From the human T2T-CHM13v2.0 reference genome, Homo sapiens: DNA of 64,000 bases. Each line of letters begins with the position of its first letter. Positions within the stretch are counted from its first letter, which is position 1. The DNA lies in NCBI RefSeq assembly GCF_009914755.1, contig NC_060940.1; one strand, written 5' to 3'. This document shows, piece after piece, positions 46,676 to 61,447 of this stretch. Below the pieces are notes generated by a model, which had not been told where the DNA came from, made no database searches, and saw only the letters and a program-made list of their open reading frames with translations. The translations under genes were made by a program, and so were the position numbers.

Positions 46676-47959
46676 CTCTAAACATTACGTCCTGGGCTGT
46701 ACCCACTCTCTGGATGTGAAAATGGAGGCCTAGGGAGGCTAAGCACTTATTTATTATTTCTTTGTAGTTAAAAAAAAGTCCATCTTGTTCCAGGAAGGAA
46801 CAATTTACTTTCTAAACATGAGGCATAAAACAGAAATAACTAGGAAATCGGTGGAAATGTGTTTTCATGGGGACCGTGTAGACTGAGGACAAATTTTCAG
46901 GCTTCTATTTGTCCGGTGAGGTTAGTGCTTGTGCGCTGGGCCAAGTCAACATCCTCTTAGCGGTGTCTTGTCTCCTTCCTGATTTAGAAAAGGCAAACCC
47001 ACCTGCTGTCATGAAAAATACCTTCTAGAAGCTACCGGGTAATTGGGTGATATTTCTGGATTTGTCTCCCTGTCTAATGTACATCAGTTAAACTTTTGAC
47101 TCTTCAGTGCCTTCTGGAGAAAGTAATAATCGGAAACTAAATCGACTTGGTTTTTTCTCTCCCCCTTTGCCCCGTATTTGTAAAGATTAATCTTCAGTAT
47201 CTATGAGTGCTGGGTGATTTGCGGAAACTGCAGCTGCTTTGTCAATATCAGCTTGGCCTCCATTGATCAAACCCTCATTTAGGCGTTCACTGCCGTCTGC
47301 TGGAAACAGCCCAGGGATGAGGAGGGAAGGGAAAAGGCCACTTCGGGAGGCCACCTTGCCTTGGAGTTTCCGTCGTTTTCCGAGGTGAGCTTGGATGTCA
47401 CTGCTCAGCACAGTTGATTAAAGAGGTTGGTGCTGTGAGTGAGTCACTGTGTGGGAATCAATCCCGATGGTGGCAGATATGAATAAAGCGTCGGTGTAAC
47501 TGTCCTGGCTGGATTGTTTTTCTCCGTCTCACCATACTGTTTTCCCTCTGCACGTGTCTGTGACCTCCGGCAGGCTTGCAGATAAAAGTGATGCATCTTC
47601 ATTTTGTCGGAGGAGTTAATTTTGTGTGTATTCCAAGGTAAGATGATACTCACGGTGCTTATATCTTGGGCACCCACTGTGCATTGGACACTTTCCATAA
47701 ATTAACTCAAATTTTTCTTAGCAGCTTGCTATGGCTCTTCACTGTTTCTCCAATTCGATTTACAAAACCTTGATTTCAGTGGGATCCCTGTTTGCTCTTG
47801 CAAACTCTTCACTCACCACCTGCTTTTTGCCCACTCCACTTCAGCTGCCCTGAACTTTGTGTTGCTGGAATTGACTTTGCTCACTCACACCTCTGGTCCT
47901 TTGCACATGCTGTGCCCTGGGCTTAGTACATTTCACTTTCATCCTCTTAACCTCGTTCA

Positions 47960-48360
47960 TATCTTGCTTGGGACAACAGATACGGCTGTAAGTATCAGAA
48001 AACTCTATTATCATGGCTTGAAGGTGCAAGGGTTTATTTGGCTTACACAATAAGCTAAACAGTAGGCAAGCCATGTTGGTAGAGTGAATCAAAGAGACCA
48101 TCAGAAACCCCCACTTTTTTCATTTTCTTGCTCTGCTGTGCAATTTCTATCCTCATGGTTACAAAATAGCTGCTTCATCTCCAGGCATCACGTCAGCAGG
48201 CATAGAAGCCAAGGGAGGGCAGCAAGCCAGAAAACTAAAGGTGCGCTCTCCCTTCTTTTCACTGGTCACAACTACGTCAGATGGCCAGCCCTAGCTGCAA
48301 GAGATGCTAGTGAAAGATGATTTTTAGCTGGATACATTGTCGCCCTCAGCAAAATAAAGA
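47960..48360 (-). mobile_element. MLT1K-type LTR
   Basis: cctcatggttacaaaatagctgc...cctagctgcaagagatgct. Confidence 0.6.
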
Positions 48361-48498
48361 TGCATTTTTCTTATTAGCAGAATCCTAACAATTAAGATTC
48401 AGTGCTCAGTTTTGATGCCACTCAGCTGAGTGGTCCTCCCTGAATCCCTGTGACAGAGTTGGGACACACAGGTATTAGGCAATCTCATAGATGGCATT

Positions 48499-48800
48499 GG
48501 AGTTACATGAAATTGTGGTCTTGTTTCCCTATCTGGATTGAAAGCTCCATGAGGAGGACTTGGTCTACCTTTCACACAGTTGTATCTCTACTACCTACAT
48601 AGTTCCAGATATATAGTAGATGCTCAATAAGTAATAAATGAAGGAGTTACATGAAATTGTGGTCATGTTTCCCTATCTGGATTGAAAGCTCCATGAGAAG
48701 GAGGACTTGGTCTGTCTTTCACACAGTTGTATCTCTAGTACCTACATATATAGTAGTTCTAGATATATAGTAGATGCTCAATAAATACTTAATAAATGAA
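48499..48800 (+). repeat. ~150-bp tandem duplication of an L2 3' end
   Basis: ggagttacatgaaattgtggtc...tgctcaataa...taataaatgaa at 48499 and 48643. Confidence 0.93.
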
Positions 48801-49567
48801 AAATAGCTACTATTTTGCCCCTTTGTAGTTGACACCTAGAGCTTTAGGGAGATAAGATAACTTGCCCTAAGTAACACATGTACTCCTTAATTCCTCCATT
48901 CAGTAATGTTTATAGTGCACCTTCTATGAGCCAGGTCTTGTTTCAGACACTTGGGATACATCAGTGAACAAAGCAGATAAAACGACTGCCTTTGAGACCA
49001 TTATCCCTAATATTTTATTACAAAAAATTTCGCACATACAGCAGAGTTAAACCAATTTCATAGGGAACACGTGTTCAGTTACTACCTAGGTTCTACCAGT
49101 CACTGGGGCACATTGATACCAGTGGGGGAAGGCACACAGTAAACCGGAAACAAAACAAGTAAATTACATGGCATTGTAGAAGGTGGCAACTGCTATGAGA
49201 AATACAGAGAAGGTAACGGGGTGTAGGGCGTGCAGTTCGGGGTGGTGGTGGTGGCCAGGCTTGGCCTCATTGAGATGGCGACAGTTATGCAAAGACTTGA
49301 AGGACATGAGGGAGCAGTGTCGATATTGGAGGGCAAAGCAGTTCTAGGTGGAGGCAACAGCCAGTGCAAAGGTCCTGAGGTGGGAATCTCTGTTCCAGGA
49401 GGGGCAAGGTGGAATGTGTGGTTGGAGGAGGAGCGTTGATGGTGGCTGGGTTAGTAGAGGAGGAGGAGTTTGGGGAAAAAGATCAAGGGAACTCAGCTTT
49501 GGACAGGCTATGCTTGAACAACTCAGGGGCAGAGCTGGGATTTAGATCCCAGACCTCACAACCTTCC

Positions 49568-50325
<758 letters not shown>

Positions 50326-51214
50326 CTTTACCATTTTGCCAACATCTGTCCCCCAGTCATTCAAAGACACTGTGACCAGCTGGCCAGGTGGCAAGAATTC
50401 CTAGGGCACAAGCCTGAAGCCTTCGGGAGAAACTTCAGCTTTACAGGGGGCAGAATGTTTGGTAACTATTTAGATTTAAAGCAGAAGCACTTTGGATTGA
50501 GCAATTTCATATGTGACAACTGTCTTTGCCACAAGCAACAGCAGAGACCTGCAGATGAGAACACCTTTATGAAGAATAAGACCATGCTTTGAAGTTGGGC
50601 AGAGATCTTGGTTCAAATCCTGGCTCTGCTGCTTGTTAGCTAAGTCACTTCAGGTAAGCGATTTAACTTCTTTGGGCCTTGCTTTCTTGATCTGTCAAGT
50701 GGAGGTTCATAATAGTATCACCCCTTGAGGGCAGATAAACTGATGTATGTTTATGCATACATAAACTGATGTATGTGATGTAATTTAGCACGGTGCTGGT
50801 CCACAGGTGAATGGAGATGATTTTTGACTTTCTGTCTCGCAGAAAGTCTGTACCTCCCCAAGGACATCTCATGCCCACAGCAGCCCAGCATTGAGTCCTC
50901 ACCAACCCAGACTGACTTTCCAGCCTCATATCCTCAAAGGATCTGACATTTTCCAGCCACCAACCTTGGTTTGCACTATGCCCTTCATCAAAAATGTCTT
51001 TGCTTCTCTTTGATGCCTGGGTATCTATTCCTTTAGAACCCATTTCAAATTTCTCCTCCTTAAAGATGCCGTTGGTCACTGTTCCAATCTGTAGGATACT
51101 CTGTTTTGCCCAGATCCCTTTTGCACTGCCTTCTGGGACTCAGATACAGAGGGGGCAAAACATCCCGGAAGGGGTGGGGCCCATGGACTGCTCTTGGAGT
51201 GGGGACAGAGATCA

Positions 51215-51229
51215 CCACGAGATGGCGCT
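51215..51229 (+). promoter_or_regulatory. Near-consensus CTCF core motif
   Basis: CCACGAGATGGCGCT with both CpGs retained. Confidence 0.6.
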
Positions 51230-51927
51230 ATTGAGCCATCACTGTCAACTGGTTTTTCTCTGTTTTCATTTTCTTACTTGATGAGAAATGTGTGATTTCC
51301 AAATAGTCCCAGAAGGAATAGAACTGTGACTGTGTCCCACCACTAAAAAGGTGGTTTTGCATATCTCTGATCGTCCTATCACATCGCCCACTGTTAAAAA
51401 TTCCATCCCCACATGCAGGGGATTTAGAAGGAGAATATCACACACTTGCTACCACCCCCAATCCATGCAAATACCTTGGTACTTGCTATAGACACTTGGT
51501 ACACAAATACTGCCTCAGTCTTTTATTAAATTATATTTTATATATTGCATCAGAGTATTAAGCCCTTAAGGGTAGGACCTGGGGTCCATGCCAACTTACT
51601 AGAACGGTGTCGACTTCTCTAGGATATGGAATCCACACAGCTCCTTGGAAAGCTGGAAAATGCAGTTTTGAAGCAACCCTGCTTCATTTCCACACCAATG
51701 GAAAGGAAAGTGATAAATCCTTTATGGCCAAGAGTCCGTTCTGTTTATTTCTTCCTGGAAATGCTATTGATGGTGGCTGGGGAAGTTGTTTGTTTTTTAA
51801 TCTTTCCCTTGGCAAGGTCTCCTTACTCATAGCCCTTCCTTATGTTCCCCAAATGGTGCAGGGGGCAGTGTTCAGAAGCCCAGTATGCAGGTCTTGCACA
51901 GAGGAGAATTATGGCTTAAAGAAACTT

Positions 51928-52238
51928 GGCTAAGTGTGGTGGCTCACACCTGTAATCCCAGCACTTTGGGTAGGTCAAGGCAGGCCAGATCGCTTGAGTC
52001 CAGGAGTTTGAGACCAGCCTGGGCAACCTGATGAGACCCCATCTCTACAAAAAATTAGCCAGGGATGGTGGTGCATGCCTGTAGTCCCAGCTACTCAGGA
52101 GGCTGAAATGGGAAAATTGCCTGAGTCCGAAAGGTGGATACTAAAGTGAGCCGAGATTGTGCCACTGTACTCCAGTCTAGGTGATAGGGTGAGACCCTGT
52201 CTCAAAAAAACAAAACAAAATAAAAACCAACAACAGAA
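51928..52238 (+). mobile_element. AluJ
   Basis: Dimer; TSD aaagaaactt. Confidence 0.9.
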
Positions 52239-52799
52239 AAAGAAACTTGGGTGGGATCATGTGTCCAGGCCTCAGCACTGTTGTCCCTTACTCTAACTCC
52301 TGCAGAGAGGTCCTTGAACAGACGTAAGCGGACACACCTTGAAGTCAAGGTGCTCTTTGCAAAGCAACACAATGTTATTGACATATTCCATTTGAATAAC
52401 CAAATTTTGTAGTTGATTGTGCGCTAAGGTGGATACGCATTACATTATGTTCTTATGTAGGGAAGTAGAAGTTAGTGCCGAGATTTAAAGAAAAATCAGT
52501 GGGGAAAATAACAGTTGAATCTTATTTGTTTAAAAACTTAGGACTTATTTATTCTTCTGTCCACCCATTCATATATACATTTAACAAAAGTATTTGAAAT
52601 TAGTTTTATATTGCTATTTATTTTAAAAATAGGTATTATACACGTATGGCTCAAAATTGGAAAGATACAAAAGAGTGTATAGTAAAAGGTAGTTTCCACT
52701 CCCATCCTTGTCCTAACCAGTTTGTTTCTTCACAGAAATGGCAACCACTATTGATAGTTTTCTATGTTCCCCTTGAGAAATATTCTATATTGTAAATGT

Positions 52800-53215
52800 A
52801 TATTCATGTATTCATTTATTCACCCATCTATCCATTTATTCATCTACCCATCCATTTATTATCTAGCCACCTATCCATAGATGGATCCATTTATGCATCC
52901 ATCAATTTATTCATCTATTTACCCATCCATCCATTCATCCATTTATCCATCCATCTATCTATTTACTTTCCATTAATCTATCCATTCTTTCATCCACTTA
53001 TCCATCCATCTATCCATCCACTTTGCATTCATCTATCCATTCATTCATCCATCCATTTATCCATTCATTCATCCATTTATCCATCTATTCATTTACTTAC
53101 CCATTTATCCATCCATCTATCCATCCACACACACATCCATTTATCCATCCATCCATCTATTCACTCATCCATCCATTTATCCATCTAATCCATTCATTAA
53201 TCCATTTACCCATCT
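52800..53215 (+). repeat. Degenerate (TCCA)n/(TCTA)n tetranucleotide repeat
   Basis: ~410 bp of catccatc/tatccatc units. Confidence 0.95.
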
Positions 53216-54959
53216 ATGTCATTTTTTTCCAGGAAGAGGAAAAGGGCAGCCATTATTTGGTTTTAGATGGTAGACCAAATTTGTGCTACTGTTCCACTGG
53301 AAAAGAGATTTGGAACCACTCCTTGGCGTTAAGCCAGCCACTCCAAAGCTGTAGTGTTGCAATGTCATACATCTGTCAGGGAAGGCTGAACATTTTAAAA
53401 ACAATTGGGTATGGCCATTCAGATTTTATTTTGGCCCAGCATAATGAGTTTGTGTTTGATTCTGAAGGAGAGGGAGATTTGTAATAAATCAGCAAGTGAA
53501 ATTAAAAGTGAGCCAGTGAGGTGCCATAAAAGGGTGGTTGGAATCAGACATTCTCAAATCCATATCCTATCCCCACCCATGTTAAAAGCTATATAGGAGG
53601 TTATTTAACTTCTTGGGAGTCTCAATTTTCCTCTTATGTTCTGAGATGGGGATAATTGTATTTTTCTTTGCAGGTTAAAGGCTAACACAATGCTTGGATA
53701 TAGTCAGTGCTCATGTGGTAACTGCCCTTAACATTATTAAGCCCACATAATTCTCTTCTTTTTTGTAAGCAGTTGAGATCTTTAGGTTGAAGATTCAATA
53801 TACAATGTAACAGAGTCAGAGGGTGGGTGGCAAAAGGTACATACATACTGCAGGGCAGGGACTTGGAGTATGGAATGGAGAAATAGCAGAGGACATCTTC
53901 CAGCTGCAGTTGGGATGGGTGCTGAGCTACAAAGCTACTAGAGAAATAGGAAACTCAGGTCTCATCATTGCAGGGACCCTTGTTTCCTGCAAAGAATCCT
54001 TGGAGAAATCTCTCCCACTGTCTCTGGGCATTGTATTCAGAAATGTCTGGCCTGGATGATAGTCTTCCTGCTTTTGGCCTCACCCTCTATCCACTGTCCT
54101 CTGCTGAATCTTTCTAAAATGCTTGCTTAAAACTCCTTATCTCCTTCAGGAGAAAGTTAAATCCTTTACCACACAAGGCCATTACCTGGGGGCCCTTTCT
54201 AACTCCTCCCACCTCAATTTTGTCCTCTTTCTGCAGGTATCTAAGTGTCATGATTTAGATGTCCTGGCATGCACTGTGCTCTTTTTCTGGAAGCCTCCTT
54301 TCTTTCTTCATCCAACTACCTCCTCTTCTTCCTTCGAGATTCAGCTGAGACTCTCTTGAGCAAATTTTCCAAGACTCCTTAAGGGGAAGGACCTGGTCCA
54401 AGTTGACTTGGTGTCTCCGTCATCAAGCACAATGCCTGGTTCACAATGGATTCTTCATGCATCTCTTTCTACAAGATGAGAAGGATCAGAGGGTGAGGAT
54501 TGGAGCTGGGTGTCTTAAAAATCTGTGAGAGTGGAAGCTAAGCCAGTGATGTTTGCTTTGTAAGCTATTCTTGTGATATTACAATCCTTCAGAGTGGTGA
54601 GGTTGGTGGGAGTGGTAAAAACAAACAAACAAACAAACAAAACCTAGTTTCTTTGTCTTGGATTTTCCTGTGTCAGTTTATAGAGAGAGACTATCCATCA
54701 TATTTTATTTTAGCTTAACCAAAGTCCTACTTTTTGTTGTTTCTTTTTTTCTTTGCTGGGATCTTAAAAGAGATTGAATAAAAATTCAGTTGTAGGAATG
54801 GCTTTACCTTCCTCTCTGGTCTTGTTGTTTTGTTTTTAGACTATGATATCACATGTCAAGACTATGATATCATATCAGGACTAGGATATCAAGTTTATAA
54901 TAGAACAATAATTATGTATTATTTAAACTTATTTTCATCAAACTATAACTAATACACAA

Positions 54960-55640
<681 letters not shown>

Positions 55641-56729
55641 TTGGACTTGGTGATTAGAACCTAGGTCTGGCCGCCTACCCATCACAGTATCAGTAAAAGC
55701 CTCCCTTGAAATTGACCAATGGCATGAACATTTCAGATGAGTCTGCCATCTTTGGTGCTCCTGGGACACGAGAGAGACCTGTCTTGGAGACAGAGACCTC
55801 ACAGACTCAGAGATTCAGGTGCTTTTTCTGGTAATGATTTTGTCTGCGGGCTGATCACAAAGGTGGATGAGACTTTGGCCAAAGCTAAGGCTGCAGGGTC
55901 TGGGCTAAAAAATTCCAGAAAAACTACCTTGCCATGGGAGGCTGAGTTCCAAATCGCAGCCCGCGTGCAGCCTGCTTTACCAAATAATGAGGCACTGGGT
56001 GCTTTTTAAGGCAGCTGACCTTTGGAGCAAATTATCCAAGGAAATCTGATTAGCTAGTTCACTGGGTTCCTGCAAAATGGAGCTTGGTGTGTTTCTGCAG
56101 CAGAAATGTCAGCATAATTGGAGTTTCTGGAGCTCAAAGAGCTTCTTTCTTATTGTTTCCATCCTTTGGAGGAAAAAAAAACACCCCAAACAAACAAAAC
56201 CCAAACCCCCAAAGAATTGTTCTTTGACTTACATTCTTTGCTTTTGCACATGGTTCAGAAGCTGCTCCTGACTGTGTTTACGACTTTATTAATCAGGGGA
56301 ACAGCCCGAACATCATTTAAACAAACAAGGCCAAAAAAAAAAAAAAATCCATCCCTAAACAGATGATGTGAGCTTAATAGAGATGGCCAAGCCAAAGACC
56401 TTAAATAAATAAACTGACTTTAATTTGTAGGAAGGAGCATGGGGTGGTCATTACTTGAGGCTGTGTGCCATGCGATGTAACCAAATTTGAAACTCGCTAA
56501 TTTCATTATTTTAATGGAAGTCTGCCTCCCATTCATTAGGCTGACATATGACTAGCCATTAGTAACAGTCCATTTCCAAAGCTATGGTGGATAAAGGGTG
56601 ATTGGAAATGAGCGAGGGCCAGGCCTGGTGGAGGCTGGCAATTTCAGAAGGGAACTGGTGGGTGGGATTTATGCAAGAGGCAGGGAACACAACTAGGAAA
56701 ATTGTCAATGTGGATGGAGGCAGCAAACC

Positions 56730-56980
56730 ATTGAGTCCAAATACAGGCTTGAGAGACCTGGGTTTGAATTCTGGTTCTGCCACATACTGGCTGTGTGACC
56801 TTGGGCAAGTTACACCCCCGCACTGAGCTTCAGTTTGCTCATCTGTGAGATGGGAGTAATCATAGTTCCTATCTCGTAGGGTTGCTTGCAATGACTCAAT
56901 GAGGCAAATTCTTAGGAGGCTCTAGTATAGGGCTTGGCAAAAGTAACCACTTAATAAATGGTAGCTATGATGATGATAAC
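56730..56980 (+). mobile_element. MIR
   Basis: gacctgggtttgaattctggttctgccac...ctgtgtgaccttgggcaagttac. Confidence 0.85.
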
Positions 56981-57102
56981 GTTGGCCAAAGTCCCCAGTA
57001 TTTAGGGACTTGGAGATTTTGCTAATGAAGAAATGAAGGCTGACAGAAATAAAGTAAGGTATCCAAGTTTGCCCCGAACTTGGACTCAAATTTCTGATTC
57101 TT

Positions 57103-57151
57103 AATCCTATACTCTTAAAAAAAATCCTATACTCTTAATCCTATACTCTTA
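57103..57151 (+). repeat. Three copies of aatcctatactctta
   Basis: Seen directly. Confidence 0.85.
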
Positions 57152-57159
57152 AGACCCGT

Positions 57160-57700
57160 ATTTTTAAAATTGTTTCATTTCTTGAACAGGCCAGTAATTC
57201 ATATGATTGAAAAATTTAAAAACAAGAGTATGCTAGAATAGTCAGTGAAAATTGTCCCTTCTGCCTGGAACATTTCCTTTTCACAGACAGCCATTGTTAC
57301 GTGTTTCTTCTTTATCTTTGCAGAATTTCAGGTACGTACAAGCAAATACAAATGTATATGCACTTCTTTTTTTTTTATTACACAGACAGTTCTGTATCCT
57401 GCCTTTTAAAACTTATATCCTGCTTATCTTTCTGTATCAGGGTATAGTGAGTTCTTTCATTCTTACTTATAATTATATGTTTTTCTATTATAATGGCTAT
57501 ATTATGTCTTATTTAATTATTTCTCTCTTGATGAACAGTTGGGAAAGTTCTCATCTTTTGCTATTACAAACCACAATGCGATGAATAACATTGCATGTAT
57601 GTCATTGTGTACAGGTGTACGTATATTCTAGGATAAATTTCCAAAAGTAGAATTGCTGAGTTACAGAGTGAATGCATTTCTGATTTTGATAGTGCTCAAA
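57160..57700 (-). mobile_element. Old L1ME fragment
   Basis: ttttgctattacaaac...taggataaatttccaaaagtagaattgctgag. Confidence 0.65.
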
Positions 57701-58411
57701 GGTCTGGGGGCACATAGAGATGGTGCTTTAGCAGTGAGCTTAGGCTGACAGCGGTTAAGAGAGACATGCCTCAGGTTGCCAGTTAAAAAAAAATCTGCAT
57801 AATGTGTTGCTTAAAGAATGTGGTAAGGTGAAAGCTTGGAAATACTGGTGTCATTGGAAAGACAGAAATAAGACAGAGATTGTGTTGGGAAGAGAACACG
57901 GAATTTCGAGTAATTTCTGCCTGGGTTTGCATCTTGACCCTGCCACTCCTGGCTGCATGACCTTGGGCAGGTTGCTTCACATCTCTGAGCTCAGTATCCT
58001 CACCTGTAAAATAAAGACCATGATAACTTCCATTATAGGCTGCTGGAGGAAGTAAAAAAGAAAATATAAACAGCAGTTAGCATGATGCCTGGCACATGGT
58101 GTGCATTCAGGATATAACTGGGGCCTTTGGGTGAGTAACCAAGTTCATAATGACTCATAGCTAGCTAACATTATTATATTATATATACTATACTGTATTA
58201 GTGGGAAATAGCTAACATTTATTGAGTGTTTACTGTGTGGCACGCACTGTGCTTACTGCCTCCCATGAAACATTCCACTTACCTCTCATAACAACTCTGT
58301 GAAGTATTCTTGCTCACCTCAGCTTACAGATGGGGAAACGGAGGCAGGACACTCAAGTACTTTGTCTGTTGAAACACTGTGAACAAACGACAGAGCTTAT
58401 ATTTGAACTGA

Positions 58412-58786
<375 letters not shown>

Positions 58787-60190
58787 TAACATAAGAGGCT
58801 GACTTATTCTGAGACAAGGACATCATGGGTGGAGCCCCCTTCTCATCTCGGTGTGACCTAGTTCAGCTTCCCCATCTCTTAGGCAGATACCATTGGGTTC
58901 AGAAAGGTTCAAGGACACTTTTTCTCCTCTTAGCTTAGTGCTTCCTCAAGTGATCCATGACTTATGACCTTATGACGATGCCGTGTGGTGAGTCTGAAAT
59001 CAGATGAAGATTTTTATCCCGACATGATGAACACAAGCATTGCATAACCTGACTCGGGTTACCCAGGATCTTTCCTCTGCTTGTGGTCACCACTGCTAGG
59101 ATTTTGGAAGAACCCTTTAAAAACTAAGCTCTCTGAGGACAGGCATTTTTGTTTGGTTCACTATTGTGATGCCAATGATTAGAAAAATGCCTGGGCCCAT
59201 AGGAGGGACTCATGTTCAATGCAGAGGTGGATAAATGAGAAAGAGACTGTTTGCCGCAGAATACTAAGAGATTTTATTGTTCTTGTCATAGGAACCAGGC
59301 AATATTCCAGACACACATGACATCAGTAACATCCATATGTCTGTGATGGGGTAGGAGAGAAGACTACTTTTCAGGTGGGACATTTTGATTGGAGAGGGTC
59401 TCTGATTCAGAGAGTGAGGTGAGCTATTTTCTTCTTGGGAGTTCTTGGCATTTGATAATCCTTGGTGTTTATTTCAAAATATGGAAGAATTTGAGATTTA
59501 CTTAGACATCTTGGCATGCAGTGCTAAACCTCAGACTTCCTGAATTTATTTACCAGCTAGGGGAAGCATATTCCCAACTTTAATTGTATTTACAAAGGGC
59601 TCTAATCTGGTGTGAAGTCTGAAGGCATATTTGTTGTAGGAGTTACTCAATTAGCCAGTGAGAAAAGAACAAAGGAAAAGTCATTATGCAGATGTATGCC
59701 CATTCAAATCTATTCCGCCTCTAGATGCTTTCTTCGTAGTGAAGGGAAGAACTCCAGTCTGCAAGTCTCTCGTCTCTGCTGTGTTTTCTGCTAATTCTCT
59801 TCTAATATTAGGCCATGAATGATTAATAATATTGCATTTTGACACTGTTAGATTTTGTCAATTTTTTTCAATATAAAAGCAGATAATTACAGATTACTTT
59901 AACATCCAGGAAGTGAAATCAACCATGAATTACACTCAGACTCATCCACGACCCCTTGAATATCTGTCTTTTTTTTTTCAATAGGAGATTGAAGTTTCTT
60001 TAGTCAATTACACAAGTCATGTCTGACAATTGAGAAAATGCTGTTCACATAAAACATCATAAATTAAAAATATACAGTGTTTATATTTTAATACAGTAGG
60101 GTCCCAGGATTCAAACAAAGAATTTTGATCTCAGAGGTTGCATTATGTAGTTATGTGTTCTGCTTTAAAGAACTATACTGGAGGTAAACT

Positions 60191-60916
60191 TGAAACTGCC
60201 TTTGCAGAAATTATAACTGAGGAAATTATGACAGTGAAAGAGATCAGACCTAACCAACTACACCTTTTATCTAATCTTAAAGCTATCCTTATTCATTCCT
60301 GGGCATAGGCCGAAATAACCTTGGGAAGGAATTTAGTTTACAGTTTGACTCTGAAACAAAATTGATAATAGCCGTTTCCTGAAAAGACCTCCTTCTTGCC
60401 TGGTGACCAGTCTGCCTTTGTAGGACTAACAAATTGGCTACAAGATTGGAAATTATGGTTTAGGGGTCATGCAGCCCCTGACTCCAAGAGTCTGAACCTC
60501 CCCAGATTGCTCCTAGGGATAGCGTCATTATTGTAAAACTTAAGATCAGTGCTTGAGATATTTTGCAAACCCTGCACTCAGTGGATCAGCTGACACCACC
60601 CAGACTGGTAACTTGGCTCCCAGTTCTGCCATCCCACCCAGGAACAGAAGACCACAAAAAAACCTCACTTCGACCCCCTATGATACCATCTCCAACCTGA
60701 CCAATCAGCACCACTTCCTGAGCCGCTACCCACCAAATTATCTCTAAAAACTCTGATCCCCAAATGCTCCAGGAAGGCTGATTTGAATAATAATAAAACT
60801 CAGGTCTCCCGCACACGTGGCTCCGTGTGAATTACTGTTTTTCCACTGCAGTTCCCCCATCTTGCTAAATTGGCTCTGTCTAGGCAGGGGGCCAGGTGAA
60901 CCCATTGGATGGTATA
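60191..60916 (+). mobile_element. LTR8-family ERV1 solo LTR inside the GMNN retrocopy 3' UTR
   Basis: tgaaactgcctttgcagaaattataactgaggaaattatgacagtgaaagagat...taataataaaactc...ggtgaacccattgg. Confidence 0.85.
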
Positions 60917-60960
60917 TTTCTCAAGAGTCAAATATTAATAGGTTTAACATGTAAGACTTA

Positions 60961-61447
60961 CATATGTGTGTGTGTGTGTGTGTGTGTTTACATATACATA
61001 TATTTCAATAGCTTTTGGGGTTCAAGTGGTTTTTGGTTACATGGATGAATTATAAATTATATAGTGGTAAAGTCTAAGATTTTAGTACCTGTCACCTGAG
61101 TAGTGTACACTGTACCCAATATGTAGTTTTTGTATCCTTCATTCCCTTTTCATCCTCTCCTCTTCTGAGTCTCCAGTGTCCATTATATCACTCTGTATGC
61201 CTTTATGTACCTATGGCTTAGTTCCCACTTATAAGTGAGCATATATGGTATTTGGTTTTCCATCCCTGAGTTATTTCACTTAGAATAATGGCCTCCAGCT
61301 CCATCCAAGTTGCTGCAATGACATTATTATATCATTATTTTTTCATGGCTGAGTAGTATTCCATGGTGTATATGTACCACACATTTTCTTTATCCACTCA
61401 TTGGTCGATGGGCACTTAGGTTGGTTTCATATCTTGACAGTTGTGAA
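60961..61447 (-). mobile_element. L1PB 3' end with (TG)n at its tail, inside the GMNN retrocopy
   Basis: tttcaatagcttttgggg...gtcacctgagtagtgtacactgtacccaata. Confidence 0.85.

Noticed and set aside
52796-53484. 130-aa and 153-aa His/Ile/Ser-rich ORFs
   Set aside because: Translation of the (TCCA)n repeat.
54839-54891. Three short units containing GATATC (also the 18-bp duplication at 25921-25958)
   Set aside because: Ordinary micro-duplications with no further structure.
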